A stretch of 45,135 nucleotides of DNA from a virus: the IMG/VR virus record IMGVR_UViG_3300034069_000901, positions 1-45,135 of that record. The stretch is one strand, 5' to 3'. How positions within the stretch are numbered: position 1 is the stretch's first letter; each line of letters opens with the position of its first letter. The notes beneath the pieces are model-generated. The model ran no database searches and was not told where the DNA came from. It saw only the letters and a list, made by a program, of their open reading frames with translations. Positions 17,886-25,511 of this stretch are shown here, piece by piece. The translations under genes were made by a program, and so were the position numbers.

Positions 17886-18070
17886 ACACAAGCGCCCTGG
17901 CGATGGTCGCACCTGTTCGCATAAGCGAGGAAGGCGACCCGGTAGCAGCGGGCCGAGGCGACCGCGTCGTTCGCGGTGGCGTAGCCGGTCCGGTACACGA
18001 GAAGGCGGCCGGCGCCGGAAACCATGCTCCACCGCCAGCCGCCCGCCTCGTCTTGCTCGACTTCGATCAC
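17882..18070 (-). CDS. DUF1508 (YegP)-like single-domain protein, copy 1
   Basis: GTG at 18070 overlaps the methyltransferase stop as GTGA. IEVEQDEAGGWRWSMVSGAGRLLVYRTGYATANDAVASAR matches the DUF1508 core (G-x-W-R-W...G...GY). Confidence 0.6.
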   Translation of the reverse strand: MIEVEQDEAGGWRWSMVSGAGRLLVYRTGYATANDAVASARCYRVAFLAYANRCDHRQGACV

Positions 18071-18915
18071 GGCCGATAGTGCGCGGCGATCCACCGCGAA
18101 AGCGTGAGGGGTATTTTCGCGATGCGGGCGCTCGCGGCCTTGCGCGCCGATGTTGCGGTTGACGACGTGCGAGGCGACTTCCAACCAAAAGCGGCGGGGT
18201 GCGTACGATCATACCCGTCCGCCTCGTCGCGTCGCTTTCGACCGTCGTCACGGACGCCCTCGCCGATCGCCACGCCCCTGGCCGGGTTGCGAGCTGCTGA
18301 AGCGTTGCCCCGTGGATCGACCCCGAACCAACTCCCGCCGCTGTTCTTGAGCCCCTCAACGGCGGCCTGTTGAAAGCACGTCGACCGGCCGTCAAACCGG
18401 AAGCCAGGCACTTTGATCGCTTTGGCAATCGGCGGCATGAGAGCCGGTACGTCGCCCCACAGGTGGAACGAGCCATAATTCCAACGGCTACGACCGACCC
18501 ATGGGATCGCGCCCCGGACATTCTCGACAACCATGGGAATGTGGTGCCCGGCCGCCGCCGACGCCTCGCGCTGAATGCGAAAGCAGGCGTCGAACAACTT
18601 ATTTAGCTCGGCCAGCAAAGCGCCCGTCTCGTCAGCTCGAATGTCGGCAGCAATCGCCTTCGCCCGCGTCCACGGCATAGCCATATATGAATAACGCTGG
18701 CACGGGGGCGAGGCGACGATCAAAGCGGCGTCGACGAATTGCGCGCCGTTCACGGTAAGGACGTCCTGCAAGACAAGCTCGGCGGGATATCGCTCGTCGT
18801 CATAGACGTGCGCGTCGACGTCATAGCCGACGACGCGATATCCTTCGGCGAGGAGCCCCTCCGTCCAGCCACCGAGCCCGCAAAACAGGTCGATCGCCAA
18901 AGGCGCCGACGTCAC
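18067..18915 (-). CDS. DNA (cytosine-5) methyltransferase
   Basis: Motif I is AIDLFCGLGG, motif IV is SPPCQRYS and motif VI is VVENV. The track ORF starts at 18966, where the ATG has no SD. I prefer the GTG at 18915, which overlaps the stop of an upstream small ORF as GTGA. Confidence 0.88.
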   Translation of the reverse strand: MTSAPLAIDLFCGLGGWTEGLLAEGYRVVGYDVDAHVYDDERYPAELVLQDVLTVNGAQFVDAALIVASPPCQRYSYMAMPWTRAKAIAADIRADETGALLAELNKLFDACFRIQREASAAAGHHIPMVVENVRGAIPWVGRSRWNYGSFHLWGDVPALMPPIAKAIKVPGFRFDGRSTCFQQAAVEGLKNSGGSWFGVDPRGNASAARNPARGVAIGEGVRDDGRKRRDEADGYDRTHPAAFGWKSPRTSSTATSARKAASARIAKIPLTLSRWIAAHYRP

Positions 18916-19085
18916 GCGGCCGGTCGCCAAGCAACGATATCGTTGCGTTGGCCGCGTTGCGCCCAATCAGGATAAGCCGCATCGAAATGCGAAACCTCGA
19001 ACCCGTCACGGGTGCGAATATCAATCCGACCGATGGCCGAAGCTGGCCTGCGGTTGCAACGGTGGGGGCGAAAACGGCGGCTCAT
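18912..19085 (-). CDS. Small ORF (57 aa) translationally coupled to the C5 methyltransferase
   Basis: Not in the track. ATG at 19085 lies 7 nt after AGGAGG (19098-19093 on the minus strand). It encodes MSRRFRPHRCNRRPASAIGRIDIRTRDGFEVSHFDAAYPDWAQRGQRNDIVAWRPAA. Confidence 0.4.
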   Translation of the reverse strand: MSRRFRPHRCNRRPASAIGRIDIRTRDGFEVSHFDAAYPDWAQRGQRNDIVAWRPAA

Positions 19086-19149
19086 AAATCATCCTCCTAG
19101 TCGTTAAAGCCGCCATAAAGCATTGCGCGAACATTGCAATGAGATTGCG

Positions 19150-19710
19150 TCAATCCTCGCCCCGGTGCGCATAACTCGTGCGCTTGGGCCGGACGACCCC
19201 CGCGGCAAACTGTAGGAGCTGCATCGCTGCATCTACGTTGACACGGTCGAACCCGTAGCCGGCCAGGGCCTCCGCGGCTTCATTGATTTCGGCAACGGCG
19301 TTGTCGAACCGGCGAGCCGCGTTTTGATGGGCGTCGAACCGCGCTTTGGCTTCCAGCTCGGCCGGATCGGTTGCGTTGCCGGCATAGGACGGGCGGGCAA
19401 CAGGGGTTGGCTTCTCGTCGACGTGGCCCTTGCGATAGTCGTCCATCTGCCACGCCACGCCTTCGGCCTCACGGGCGCGGAGCAATAGCGCGGCCTGCCG
19501 ATCCTCCCGCGGCTCCCGCGTCACGGCTTGAACAGTCGCCCCAACCGCTTCGATCGGGCTCGCGCCGGTCGCGCGGCACCGCGCCAAGGCGGCCCACAAC
19601 ATCACGAGCGGGGCGCCGAGGGGGTCGCCGCCTTGTAGCGTGAACACGGGCTCGCCCGGCTTGGCCCGTTCCATCCCGTCGAACGGGCCGGGCTCCTCCT
19701 TGGTACTCAT
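19150..19710 (-). CDS. Hypothetical early protein (186 aa)
   Basis: Internal ATG at 19710, preceded by GGGAGG. The product begins MSTKEEPGPFDGMERAKPGEPVFTLQGGDPLG. No motif recognised. Confidence 0.65.
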   Translation of the reverse strand: MSTKEEPGPFDGMERAKPGEPVFTLQGGDPLGAPLVMLWAALARCRATGASPIEAVGATVQAVTREPREDRQAALLLRAREAEGVAWQMDDYRKGHVDEKPTPVARPSYAGNATDPAELEAKARFDAHQNAARRFDNAVAEINEAAEALAGYGFDRVNVDAAMQLLQFAAGVVRPKRTSYAHRGED

Positions 19711-19883
19711 TGAACAACCTCCCTTCGAAAAGCCTCGGGCCGCACCGCGACCCGGTATCCCTTGGCGTCGGACCAAGCGACGCGATCCACGTTGATCGCG
19801 GCGTCGATCCTGGCCAGCTCACGGGCTAGGGCGTCACGCCGCGCGAATAGCTCGCGGGCATGCTCGACAAGCCCCGGCGTCAC
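19707..19883 (-). CDS. Small ORF (58 aa)
   Basis: Not in the track. GTG at 19883 overlaps the Sak4-like gene stop (GTGA), and its own TGA overlaps the next ATG (ATGA). It encodes VTPGLVEHARELFARRDALARELARIDAAINVDRVAWSDAKGYRVAVRPEAFRREVVQ. Confidence 0.45.
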   Translation of the reverse strand: MTPGLVEHARELFARRDALARELARIDAAINVDRVAWSDAKGYRVAVRPEAFRREVVQ

Positions 19884-20986
19884 TTGCCACCACCCGGAAA
19901 CTCGTCATCATCGTCCGTGAAACCATCGCCGCGTTGGCTGTCGGCTGGCCCGTTATCCTCGTCATCGTCACGAGGCGCGAGAGCGGCGGCCCGGCGGCTA
20001 TTCGCCGTGACGACCCGGTCGTGAAGGTCCGGCCGCTTCTCCTTGAGCCCAGCGACCCAATCGAGCCGACGTTGATCCATCTGATAGGATCGAAGGTCGT
20101 CGAGCGTCTTTCTTTCGTCGAGTGCCGCAACATAGGCGTCGACCTGTTCCTCCGGGGTAAGCTTTCGGCGTGACTGCGATTGAGCGGACGCGTCCCCCGC
20201 CATGGATCGCGCCTCGCCGGCCTGCCAGCGCGCCAGCTCCTCGCCGAACAACTCGTCGAGCGGAGCGCCTTTGCGGATCAGGTGAGCCAAGAACCCGGCG
20301 AATTTGAGCGTGAGACGCTCGGCCTCCTCGTCTGACTGCCATACGGCCACGCCGTTCGACCGTGGCGGCAACAGGCACGTCAAGTCGAGGGTATGGACCA
20401 CCTCCATGGGCGCCACAGGAACGAACCCAATCGGAACGACCTTTTTGTCCTTTGTCTGTTTCGTCTTTTCTCGCGCCCGGAACGTCATGATTACGGGCGT
20501 TTTAATATGCTGGAGCCCGGCAATCAGCTTCCGGCGGCTTGCGCTCGGCTTCGCCCAAGCGGCCCATTTGTTGCCGCCCGCCGTTTCGTCGACCTCGATA
20601 TCGTGCCATGCCAGATAGCCGCCCTCGCCCTCATGTTCGTCGGACATGGAATCGATGACGATGCACGAGGGCTTGAGCTTCTCGGCTTCCCGGATCGCCT
20701 CAAGGAAATACTCCGGGACGAACGGAGGCGAGAACGGGATATAGTCGAAATCCTGCCCGTGCGGATTGCGCGGCCCCACGCGATGCTTGAGGGACCGGCC
20801 GGCCTCCGTGTCAATCAAGGCCGGCTTGCCGCCGCGAACACGGGAGATACCCGTGCCCATGCGAAGCGCAGAAAGCGTCTTGCCGCCGCCGGGTGGGCCA
20901 AGGAGGCCGATCAGCAGGGACGGCACGTCGTCCTCGGGCGGGTTGACGGCGAAGGATCGCCGTCCCGGATTAAAGCCCTTGGCCAC
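19880..20986 (-). CDS. Sak4-like / AAA_24-type RecA-fold ATPase (recombination mediator) with a C-terminal extension
   Basis: Walker A in LLIGLLGPPGGGKTLSAL, then ALIDTEAGRS and a Walker B-like CIVIDSMSDEHEG. 368 aa. Confidence 0.75.
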   Translation of the reverse strand: MAKGFNPGRRSFAVNPPEDDVPSLLIGLLGPPGGGKTLSALRMGTGISRVRGGKPALIDTEAGRSLKHRVGPRNPHGQDFDYIPFSPPFVPEYFLEAIREAEKLKPSCIVIDSMSDEHEGEGGYLAWHDIEVDETAGGNKWAAWAKPSASRRKLIAGLQHIKTPVIMTFRAREKTKQTKDKKVVPIGFVPVAPMEVVHTLDLTCLLPPRSNGVAVWQSDEEAERLTLKFAGFLAHLIRKGAPLDELFGEELARWQAGEARSMAGDASAQSQSRRKLTPEEQVDAYVAALDERKTLDDLRSYQMDQRRLDWVAGLKEKRPDLHDRVVTANSRRAAALAPRDDDEDNGPADSQRGDGFTDDDDEFPGGGK

Positions 20987-20988
20987 GA

Positions 20989-21930
20989 TCAGGCCTCCCC
21001 GGCTTCACGCTTCTCGCGAGCGCGGCGGACCCATTCGGGCAGGGGCACCCGCTCCAGCGTGTCGGAAAAGCCCGGCCACTCGCCCGAATAGTAGCAGCGG
21101 CCGAACGTCTCCATGGCCTCCTGGCATTCCTTGATGGCTTGGTATTCGTCCGACTTCTCCAGCCCGACGAGCCGGCTCGTGAACGGAGCCTCCGGCTTCA
21201 CCATGAGGTCGGCGAACCGGATGCGGCCGGCCTGCCCCGTGATTTCGCCCACCCCGCGCTGGTACAAGGCGGCTTGCCGGTCCCAACCCATGTTATACAT
21301 ATGGCGACCGACCGTGGCGTCATACAGCATCGCCGAGCATTTGAGGTCGACGATCAGGTTGAGGTCGGGGCACCACACGTCCATGAGGCCACGGACCCAA
21401 ATCGGTCCGAACGACGTCATTTCCTGATACAGGAACGCGACCTCGGTTTGATAGTCGGCGCCGCCGAGGATTTCGCCCAACCGTTCGCGCATGACGGCGG
21501 CGACCTCCTCCGCCTTGTCATACTCCTTGCGCTTGATCGGCACTTGTCCGGCCCGTTCCACGTCCGCTTTCCAGGCCTTCGCGTCGCCGGTTCGATAATC
21601 GTCATACGGGCTGATCGCGAAGCCCTTGCCCCGGCCCAACGCGAGCTGGCCGACGACGTCGCCGCGCACCTGTGCCACGCTCGACGCGACGGCTTCCGCG
21701 TCGGGGTTGAGCTGCCGGTTGTTGAACGCGAAATCGAGCGGCGTCTCGGCCAAGAGCTTGCCGATACCGGAGTTGGACAGGGTCGTTTCGGGGATCAGGC
21801 CGCCGAAATAGACGGCGAGGTCGACGTCGGGGAAAATGCCCCAACGGGAACGGTCGATCGCGGGATGCTCGGCCGGGGCCGGTTTGCCGCCGGGCTCGCG
21901 GCCGAAATCGGCGAGGAGGTTGTCGGTCAT
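20989..21930 (-). CDS. PD-(D/E)XK exonuclease (RecE / DUF3799 / Cas4-like)
   Basis: Core motifs are MDVWCPD...IVDLKCS (D...D/E-x-K) followed by QAALYQ. 313 aa. It sits between ATPase genes, as in phage recombination modules. Confidence 0.78.
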   Translation of the reverse strand: MTDNLLADFGREPGGKPAPAEHPAIDRSRWGIFPDVDLAVYFGGLIPETTLSNSGIGKLLAETPLDFAFNNRQLNPDAEAVASSVAQVRGDVVGQLALGRGKGFAISPYDDYRTGDAKAWKADVERAGQVPIKRKEYDKAEEVAAVMRERLGEILGGADYQTEVAFLYQEMTSFGPIWVRGLMDVWCPDLNLIVDLKCSAMLYDATVGRHMYNMGWDRQAALYQRGVGEITGQAGRIRFADLMVKPEAPFTSRLVGLEKSDEYQAIKECQEAMETFGRCYYSGEWPGFSDTLERVPLPEWVRRAREKREAGEA

Positions 21931-22094
21931 TTCTTGCGCTCCTTCTCAAATCGGGCGTCGAGGCGCCCAGCAACGAACCCGCCCCACGCGGCGGACGTGA
22001 CGATAGACAGGCCGAGCACCCAATGGGCGAACAGGATCATCGCGCCGCCGATCGCGCCAGCGAAAATCGTGTCGCCCAGTTCGCCCCAGGTCAC
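21927..22094 (-). CDS. Small membrane ORF (55 aa)
   Basis: Not in the track. It has a GTGA overlap with the upstream stop and an ATGA overlap with the exonuclease start. It encodes VTWGELGDTIFAGAIGGAMILFAHWVLGLSIVTSAAWGGFVAGRLDARFEKERKK. Confidence 0.45.
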   Translation of the reverse strand: MTWGELGDTIFAGAIGGAMILFAHWVLGLSIVTSAAWGGFVAGRLDARFEKERKK

Positions 22095-23608
22095 AGGCCA
22101 TCGCCGAACAGGCCGCCAGCCGGCTTGGTGGCGAACGAGCGCATCGCGCGCGGCTTGGCAGGCGCCGCTTCCTTGGCGGTTTCCTCGGCGATGAAATCGG
22201 CAACCTTGTTCGCCTCGGCCAGGGGCAAGGCATGATGCACCCCCGCCTCGGTCAACTTGTCGGCCGGCGCAGCATCCGCTTTCGTCCGGCGCCGCTTGGG
22301 CGGCTCGACACGCTCCGGCTCGGCCGCGCCGCGCACCTTGCCGCCTTCCATGATGATACCGACCCCGTCACCCTGGCCAACCGCTTCAAGCCAAACCTGA
22401 TAGTCGCGCTCGCCCGCCAGCTCGCGCACGAGCCGGAGCCCGTTCTCGTCAAGGAGGGAACCGTCCTTTATCAGCATGACACGGAGCTTCGGATTGGCCG
22501 CCATGGCGAGGGCCATGGAGACGCGGAGTTGCTGTGCCCCGCTGGCCTGTGCGAAGGGCTCGCCTTCGAACGTCACGACGGTTGCGTCGTCCACCGTGGC
22601 CAGGGACAGGCCGGGCACGGGCATTTCCGCCTCTGCCAACGCGGTCGCCCGGAGCGTGGCGCGATCCGCCATCGCCGTCGTGTAGGACTCGCTCCGGACC
22701 CGTAGTTGCTCGAATTCAGCGGCGAGGGCGTCACGTCCCTCCTTGGCCGCATAGAGCCGGAGGACGCGATCCGCGGCGTCGAGGTCGGCCGAAAGCTTGG
22801 CCGTGTCGATCAGCTCGTCGAGGGCCGGCAGGGCGTCAATCGCGGCGATGCCGTCGACCATTTCCCTTTCGGCCGTGTCGGCTTCCTGTTCCCACCGCTC
22901 GGCTTGCTTGCGCGCCTCGAAAGCGCGCTCGCGCTTGGCGTCGATATGCGGCTTGTACCCGTCAAGCGCCCGACGATCCGAGGTTCGTTTCGCCTTCTCG
23001 CGTTCGATCGCTCCGTTCTTCTCGCCGGCCGAGCCGAGGGCCGCGACGATCGCCGAACGATCCGGCTTTTCGGGCAGCTCGGCCGGCGCGATGATGGCGT
23101 CGAGCCGCACCTTGATCGCCTTGGCGTCCCGGTTCACGTCGCGCCGAGACGCCGTGTCGTCCTTGTCCGCCTTGGCCAGGGCGTCGAGGTCGACCCGCAG
23201 GGGCACGAGGCGGCGCAACTCGGCCGCCTGTGCCTCTGGCTTCATGCGCGCAAATTCTAGCGGATCGAATGCGATCCGGCCCACGAGCTTGTTGAGCATG
23301 GTTTGCGGCTCGGCGTAGCTAGCGCCCTCGCCGTTCTCTACCTTGAGCCGGTCCGCGCCCTCCGCGTCGAAATAACGCGTCACCTTGAGGTCGCCGAGGT
23401 CGGCGCGGATGATGGCATATTCCTCGCCGGTCCGAACCGGCTTGATCGGCGCCGCCGCCGCACCGCCGAACGCGGCGAATATGGCGTCGAGGACGCTCGA
23501 CTTGCCTTCGGCGTTGTTGCCGCGGACCTCGACGAGGCCGCCCTCCGGGCTGATATCGACGGCGACGAGGCGCTTGAAGCCCTCCGCTTGTAGGCGAACG
23601 ATTTTCAT
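22091..23608 (-). CDS. SbcC/Rad50-like (AAA_23) ATPase
   Basis: Preferred ATG at 23608. MKIVRLQAEGFKRLVAVDISPEGGLVEVRGNNAEGKSSVLDAI is an SMC-type N-terminal P-loop. A long coiled-coil centre follows. The C-terminus carries a signature / Walker B region (QQLRVSMALAMA...RVMLIKDGSLLD). Confidence 0.8.
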   Translation of the reverse strand: MKIVRLQAEGFKRLVAVDISPEGGLVEVRGNNAEGKSSVLDAIFAAFGGAAAAPIKPVRTGEEYAIIRADLGDLKVTRYFDAEGADRLKVENGEGASYAEPQTMLNKLVGRIAFDPLEFARMKPEAQAAELRRLVPLRVDLDALAKADKDDTASRRDVNRDAKAIKVRLDAIIAPAELPEKPDRSAIVAALGSAGEKNGAIEREKAKRTSDRRALDGYKPHIDAKRERAFEARKQAERWEQEADTAEREMVDGIAAIDALPALDELIDTAKLSADLDAADRVLRLYAAKEGRDALAAEFEQLRVRSESYTTAMADRATLRATALAEAEMPVPGLSLATVDDATVVTFEGEPFAQASGAQQLRVSMALAMAANPKLRVMLIKDGSLLDENGLRLVRELAGERDYQVWLEAVGQGDGVGIIMEGGKVRGAAEPERVEPPKRRRTKADAAPADKLTEAGVHHALPLAEANKVADFIAEETAKEAAPAKPRAMRSFATKPAGGLFGDGL

Positions 23609-23624
23609 AACTGTCCCCTGAATA

Positions 23625-23649
23625 GGGGCCGGACCTGTGGCCCGGCCCC
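23625..23649 (-). other. Intercistronic GC hairpin (possible attenuator or processing site)
   Basis: GGGGCCGG (23625-23632) and CCGGCCCC (23642-23649) form an 8-bp stem with a 9-nt loop. It lies between the stop at 23653 and the ATG at 23608. There is no U-tract. Confidence 0.3.
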
Positions 23650-23652
23650 GGA

Positions 23653-23856
23653 TCAAACCTCGTGCGGATCGCGCGTGTCGAGCGTCATGATCGGAAGCGA
23701 CAAGCGTTCCATGGCATCCGCCATGCGATGAACGTCCAAGAAAAATGACACGGCCAGTTCGATCGCCTCAATCATGGCCTCGTCTTGCAAGGCGGACGTA
23801 GGCATGCCGCCTTGCTTGGCGATCATCGCGACTTGTCGAAGCGCGTCGACCTTCAC
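23653..23856 (-). CDS. Hypothetical early protein (67 aa)
   Basis: GTG at 23856 overlaps the upstream stop (GTGA). It encodes VKVDALRQVAMIAKQGGMPTSALQDEAMIEAIELAVSFFLDVHRMADAMERLSLPIMTLDTRDPHEV. Confidence 0.5.
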   Translation of the reverse strand: MKVDALRQVAMIAKQGGMPTSALQDEAMIEAIELAVSFFLDVHRMADAMERLSLPIMTLDTRDPHEV

Positions 23857-24062
23857 GACTTGGCGGCTTCGGCCTCGGCCTCGCCGGATTCTTCGGCCGG
23901 CGTTGCCTTCTCCAGCTTGACGCCCTCGGCCATGAGGTCCGCCATGCGCTCGGCCGACACGCCCCTGCACGTCACGACATGGTTGCGCGCCGCGGCGGGC
24001 GTGTCGGCCCGAATCAGGCGGGGCTTGTCCACCCCCGCTATCGTGGTTTCATACACCGGCAT
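23853..24062 (-). CDS. Hypothetical protein (69 aa), first gene of the leftward operon
   Basis: ATG at 24062 lies 7 nt after AAGGAG. The product begins MPVYETTIAGVDKPRLIRADTPAAARNHVVTCRGVSAERMADLMAEGVKLEK... and has an acidic tail. Confidence 0.6.
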   Translation of the reverse strand: MPVYETTIAGVDKPRLIRADTPAAARNHVVTCRGVSAERMADLMAEGVKLEKATPAEESGEAEAEAAKS

Positions 24063-24170
24063 TGCCTGTTCTCCTTGCGTCGAGCATTGCGCCGACGTTG
24101 CACACATTGGCGGTTGCTTCCGGGCAAGTCAACGCATATCAATGACAGGACATTGCAGAAAGGTTGCGGA
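24063..24170. promoter_or_regulatory. Divergent early control region (candidate back-to-back promoters and operator)
   Basis: Rightward candidate promoter: TTGCTT (24114-24119), 17-nt spacer, TATCAA (24137-24142). Leftward candidate promoter: TTGACT (24132-24127), 17-nt spacer, CAATGT. An imperfect palindrome GTTGCTTCCGGGCAAGTCAAC (24113-24133) spans both -35 boxes. GTTGC occurs 3 times. Confidence 0.4.
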
Positions 24171-24374
24171 ATGGACAAGGAGGCCGAGGTCGCTCGAATT
24201 GAAAGGGAGGCGACGGAGGTTCGCCTCTCGCCCGCTCGATTGTGCGAACGTGCCGGGATCAATCCGTCAACGTGGTGGCGGGTCCGTAAGCAGCCCGAGC
24301 GCCTCACGCTCGACACGCTCGGAAAGCTCGAAATCGCGATCAAGTCGCGTCGCACGGAAATGGCGTCGGCGTGA
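24171..24374 (+). CDS. Small Xre-family HTH regulator (Cro-like or C-protein-like), 67 aa
   Basis: Internal ATG at 24171 of the track ORF. VRLSPARLCERAGINPSTWWRVRKQPERLTLDTLGKLEIAI fits an Xre-type helix-turn-helix. It is the first gene of the rightward operon. Confidence 0.7.
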   Translation: MDKEAEVARIEREATEVRLSPARLCERAGINPSTWWRVRKQPERLTLDTLGKLEIAIKSRRTEMASA

Positions 24375-24850
24375 GATTAACGCCTTTACAGATTGGAAGC
24401 GCTGCCGAGCATTTGGTCGCCGCTGATCTATGGCTTCGCGGCCGTCATGTCGCAATGGCCCCGCAAGCATGTCCATATGATCTTATTGTTGAAATGGATA
24501 AGGGCTTAGTGCGCGTTCAAGTCAAGGCGACTGCCGAACCCCGGCGTTTACCAAATCGTGCAGGAGTTTATCCCGGTTATATCTGGCAAGTTCGTCGAGC
24601 CGGACGCAATCATGGGCTCGTCGGAGCACGTCGCATATACGCCCCTGGCGACTTTGATATTCTCGCCTTGGTCGCGCTCGACACCCGGCAAATCGCATAC
24701 CTTGAGCCAGAATTCGCATCTGTAACGATCCACATTCGATCAGGCGAAGGTGTTAAGCAGGGCAGAAGGGGCGGCGGTAAAAAGACAAGAACCTTTGCCG
24801 ACCACAGTTTTGATCGCGCTTTCGCGGAGTGGATCGCGAATGGCCAATAA
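24371..24850 (+). CDS. PD-(D/E)XK nuclease-fold protein (PDDEXK_5-like)
   Basis: GTGA overlap with the HTH gene. GSAAEHLVAADLWLRGRHV...PYDLIVEMDKGLVRVQVK gives the E...D...(Q)xK arrangement typical of small restriction-endonuclease-like proteins. Confidence 0.7.
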   Translation: MRLTPLQIGSAAEHLVAADLWLRGRHVAMAPQACPYDLIVEMDKGLVRVQVKATAEPRRLPNRAGVYPGYIWQVRRAGRNHGLVGARRIYAPGDFDILALVALDTRQIAYLEPEFASVTIHIRSGEGVKQGRRGGGKKTRTFADHSFDRAFAEWIANGQ

Positions 24851-25511
24851 GTATCAATCCGAGCAGTATGCACAGGATGAACACGGCTGGTATCGTGAGC
24901 CGCGCGACTGCGTCGACGCTATGTTCCGAGCAATCAGCTTTGATGAATGCCTAATTTGGGACCCGTGCTGTGGCATGGGCAACACGTTGGACGCCGCTAA
25001 AGCCATCGGGCTTGAAACAATTGGCTCCGATATCGTTGATCGCCACGCCCGACACAGCTTCTTTCGATCAAACTTTCTCACGGCGACCCGCTATCCTGTC
25101 GCGCCACGGATTGGCCTTGTTCTTAACCCCCCATACAACGCACCATCCGGCACGACCGAGAATTTTATAGCGAAAGCGTTCGACCTTGTTCCGTTCGAGC
25201 GCATGGCCGTTTTAGTGCCGTCTAATTTCCTGTTCGGCCAGACGCGCCGTGACGAATTGTTCGTCAAGCATACTCCGTCGCACATCCTGTTTCTATCGAA
25301 ACGTCCATCAATGCCGCCCGGAACCGAGGTCGACCGACTAGCGGCGACCGGCGATGCATTTCGCGGTGGAAAGCAGGATTTCGCGTGGCTGATTTTCACG
25401 GCTGGTGGTCCTTATCGGACCGAAGCCCGATGGCTTGATTGGCGTGAGCCTACACCCCCATCCGAGCGCCGTATCCGGCGCGGATCGCAACGGCCGAGCG
25501 CATCGGCATGA
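24840..25511 (+). CDS. DNA N6-adenine methyltransferase
   Basis: ATG at 24840 overlaps the upstream gene by 11 nt. The AdoMet motif is IWDPCCGMGNTLD and the catalytic motif is LVLNPPYN. Confidence 0.85.
   Translation: MANKYQSEQYAQDEHGWYREPRDCVDAMFRAISFDECLIWDPCCGMGNTLDAAKAIGLETIGSDIVDRHARHSFFRSNFLTATRYPVAPRIGLVLNPPYNAPSGTTENFIAKAFDLVPFERMAVLVPSNFLFGQTRRDELFVKHTPSHILFLSKRPSMPPGTEVDRLAATGDAFRGGKQDFAWLIFTAGGPYRTEARWLDWREPTPPSERRIRRGSQRPSASA

Noticed and set aside
17664-18530. 288-aa minus-strand ORF spanning the region downstream of, and overlapping, the C5 methyltransferase gene.
   Set aside because: Only its last 73 codons look protein-like (DUF1508-like). The rest overlaps the methyltransferase and the first DUF1508 ORF in another frame. 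I replaced it with two short GTG-started ORFs linked by GTGA overlaps.
18966-19150. The apparently non-coding 184-bp gap upstream of the methyltransferase ATG, considered as a promoter region.
   Set aside because: Most of the gap is filled by a 57-aa ORF with a strong AGGAGG and a GTGA junction to a methyltransferase GTG start at 18915. Only about 60 bp (19086-19149) remains intergenic.
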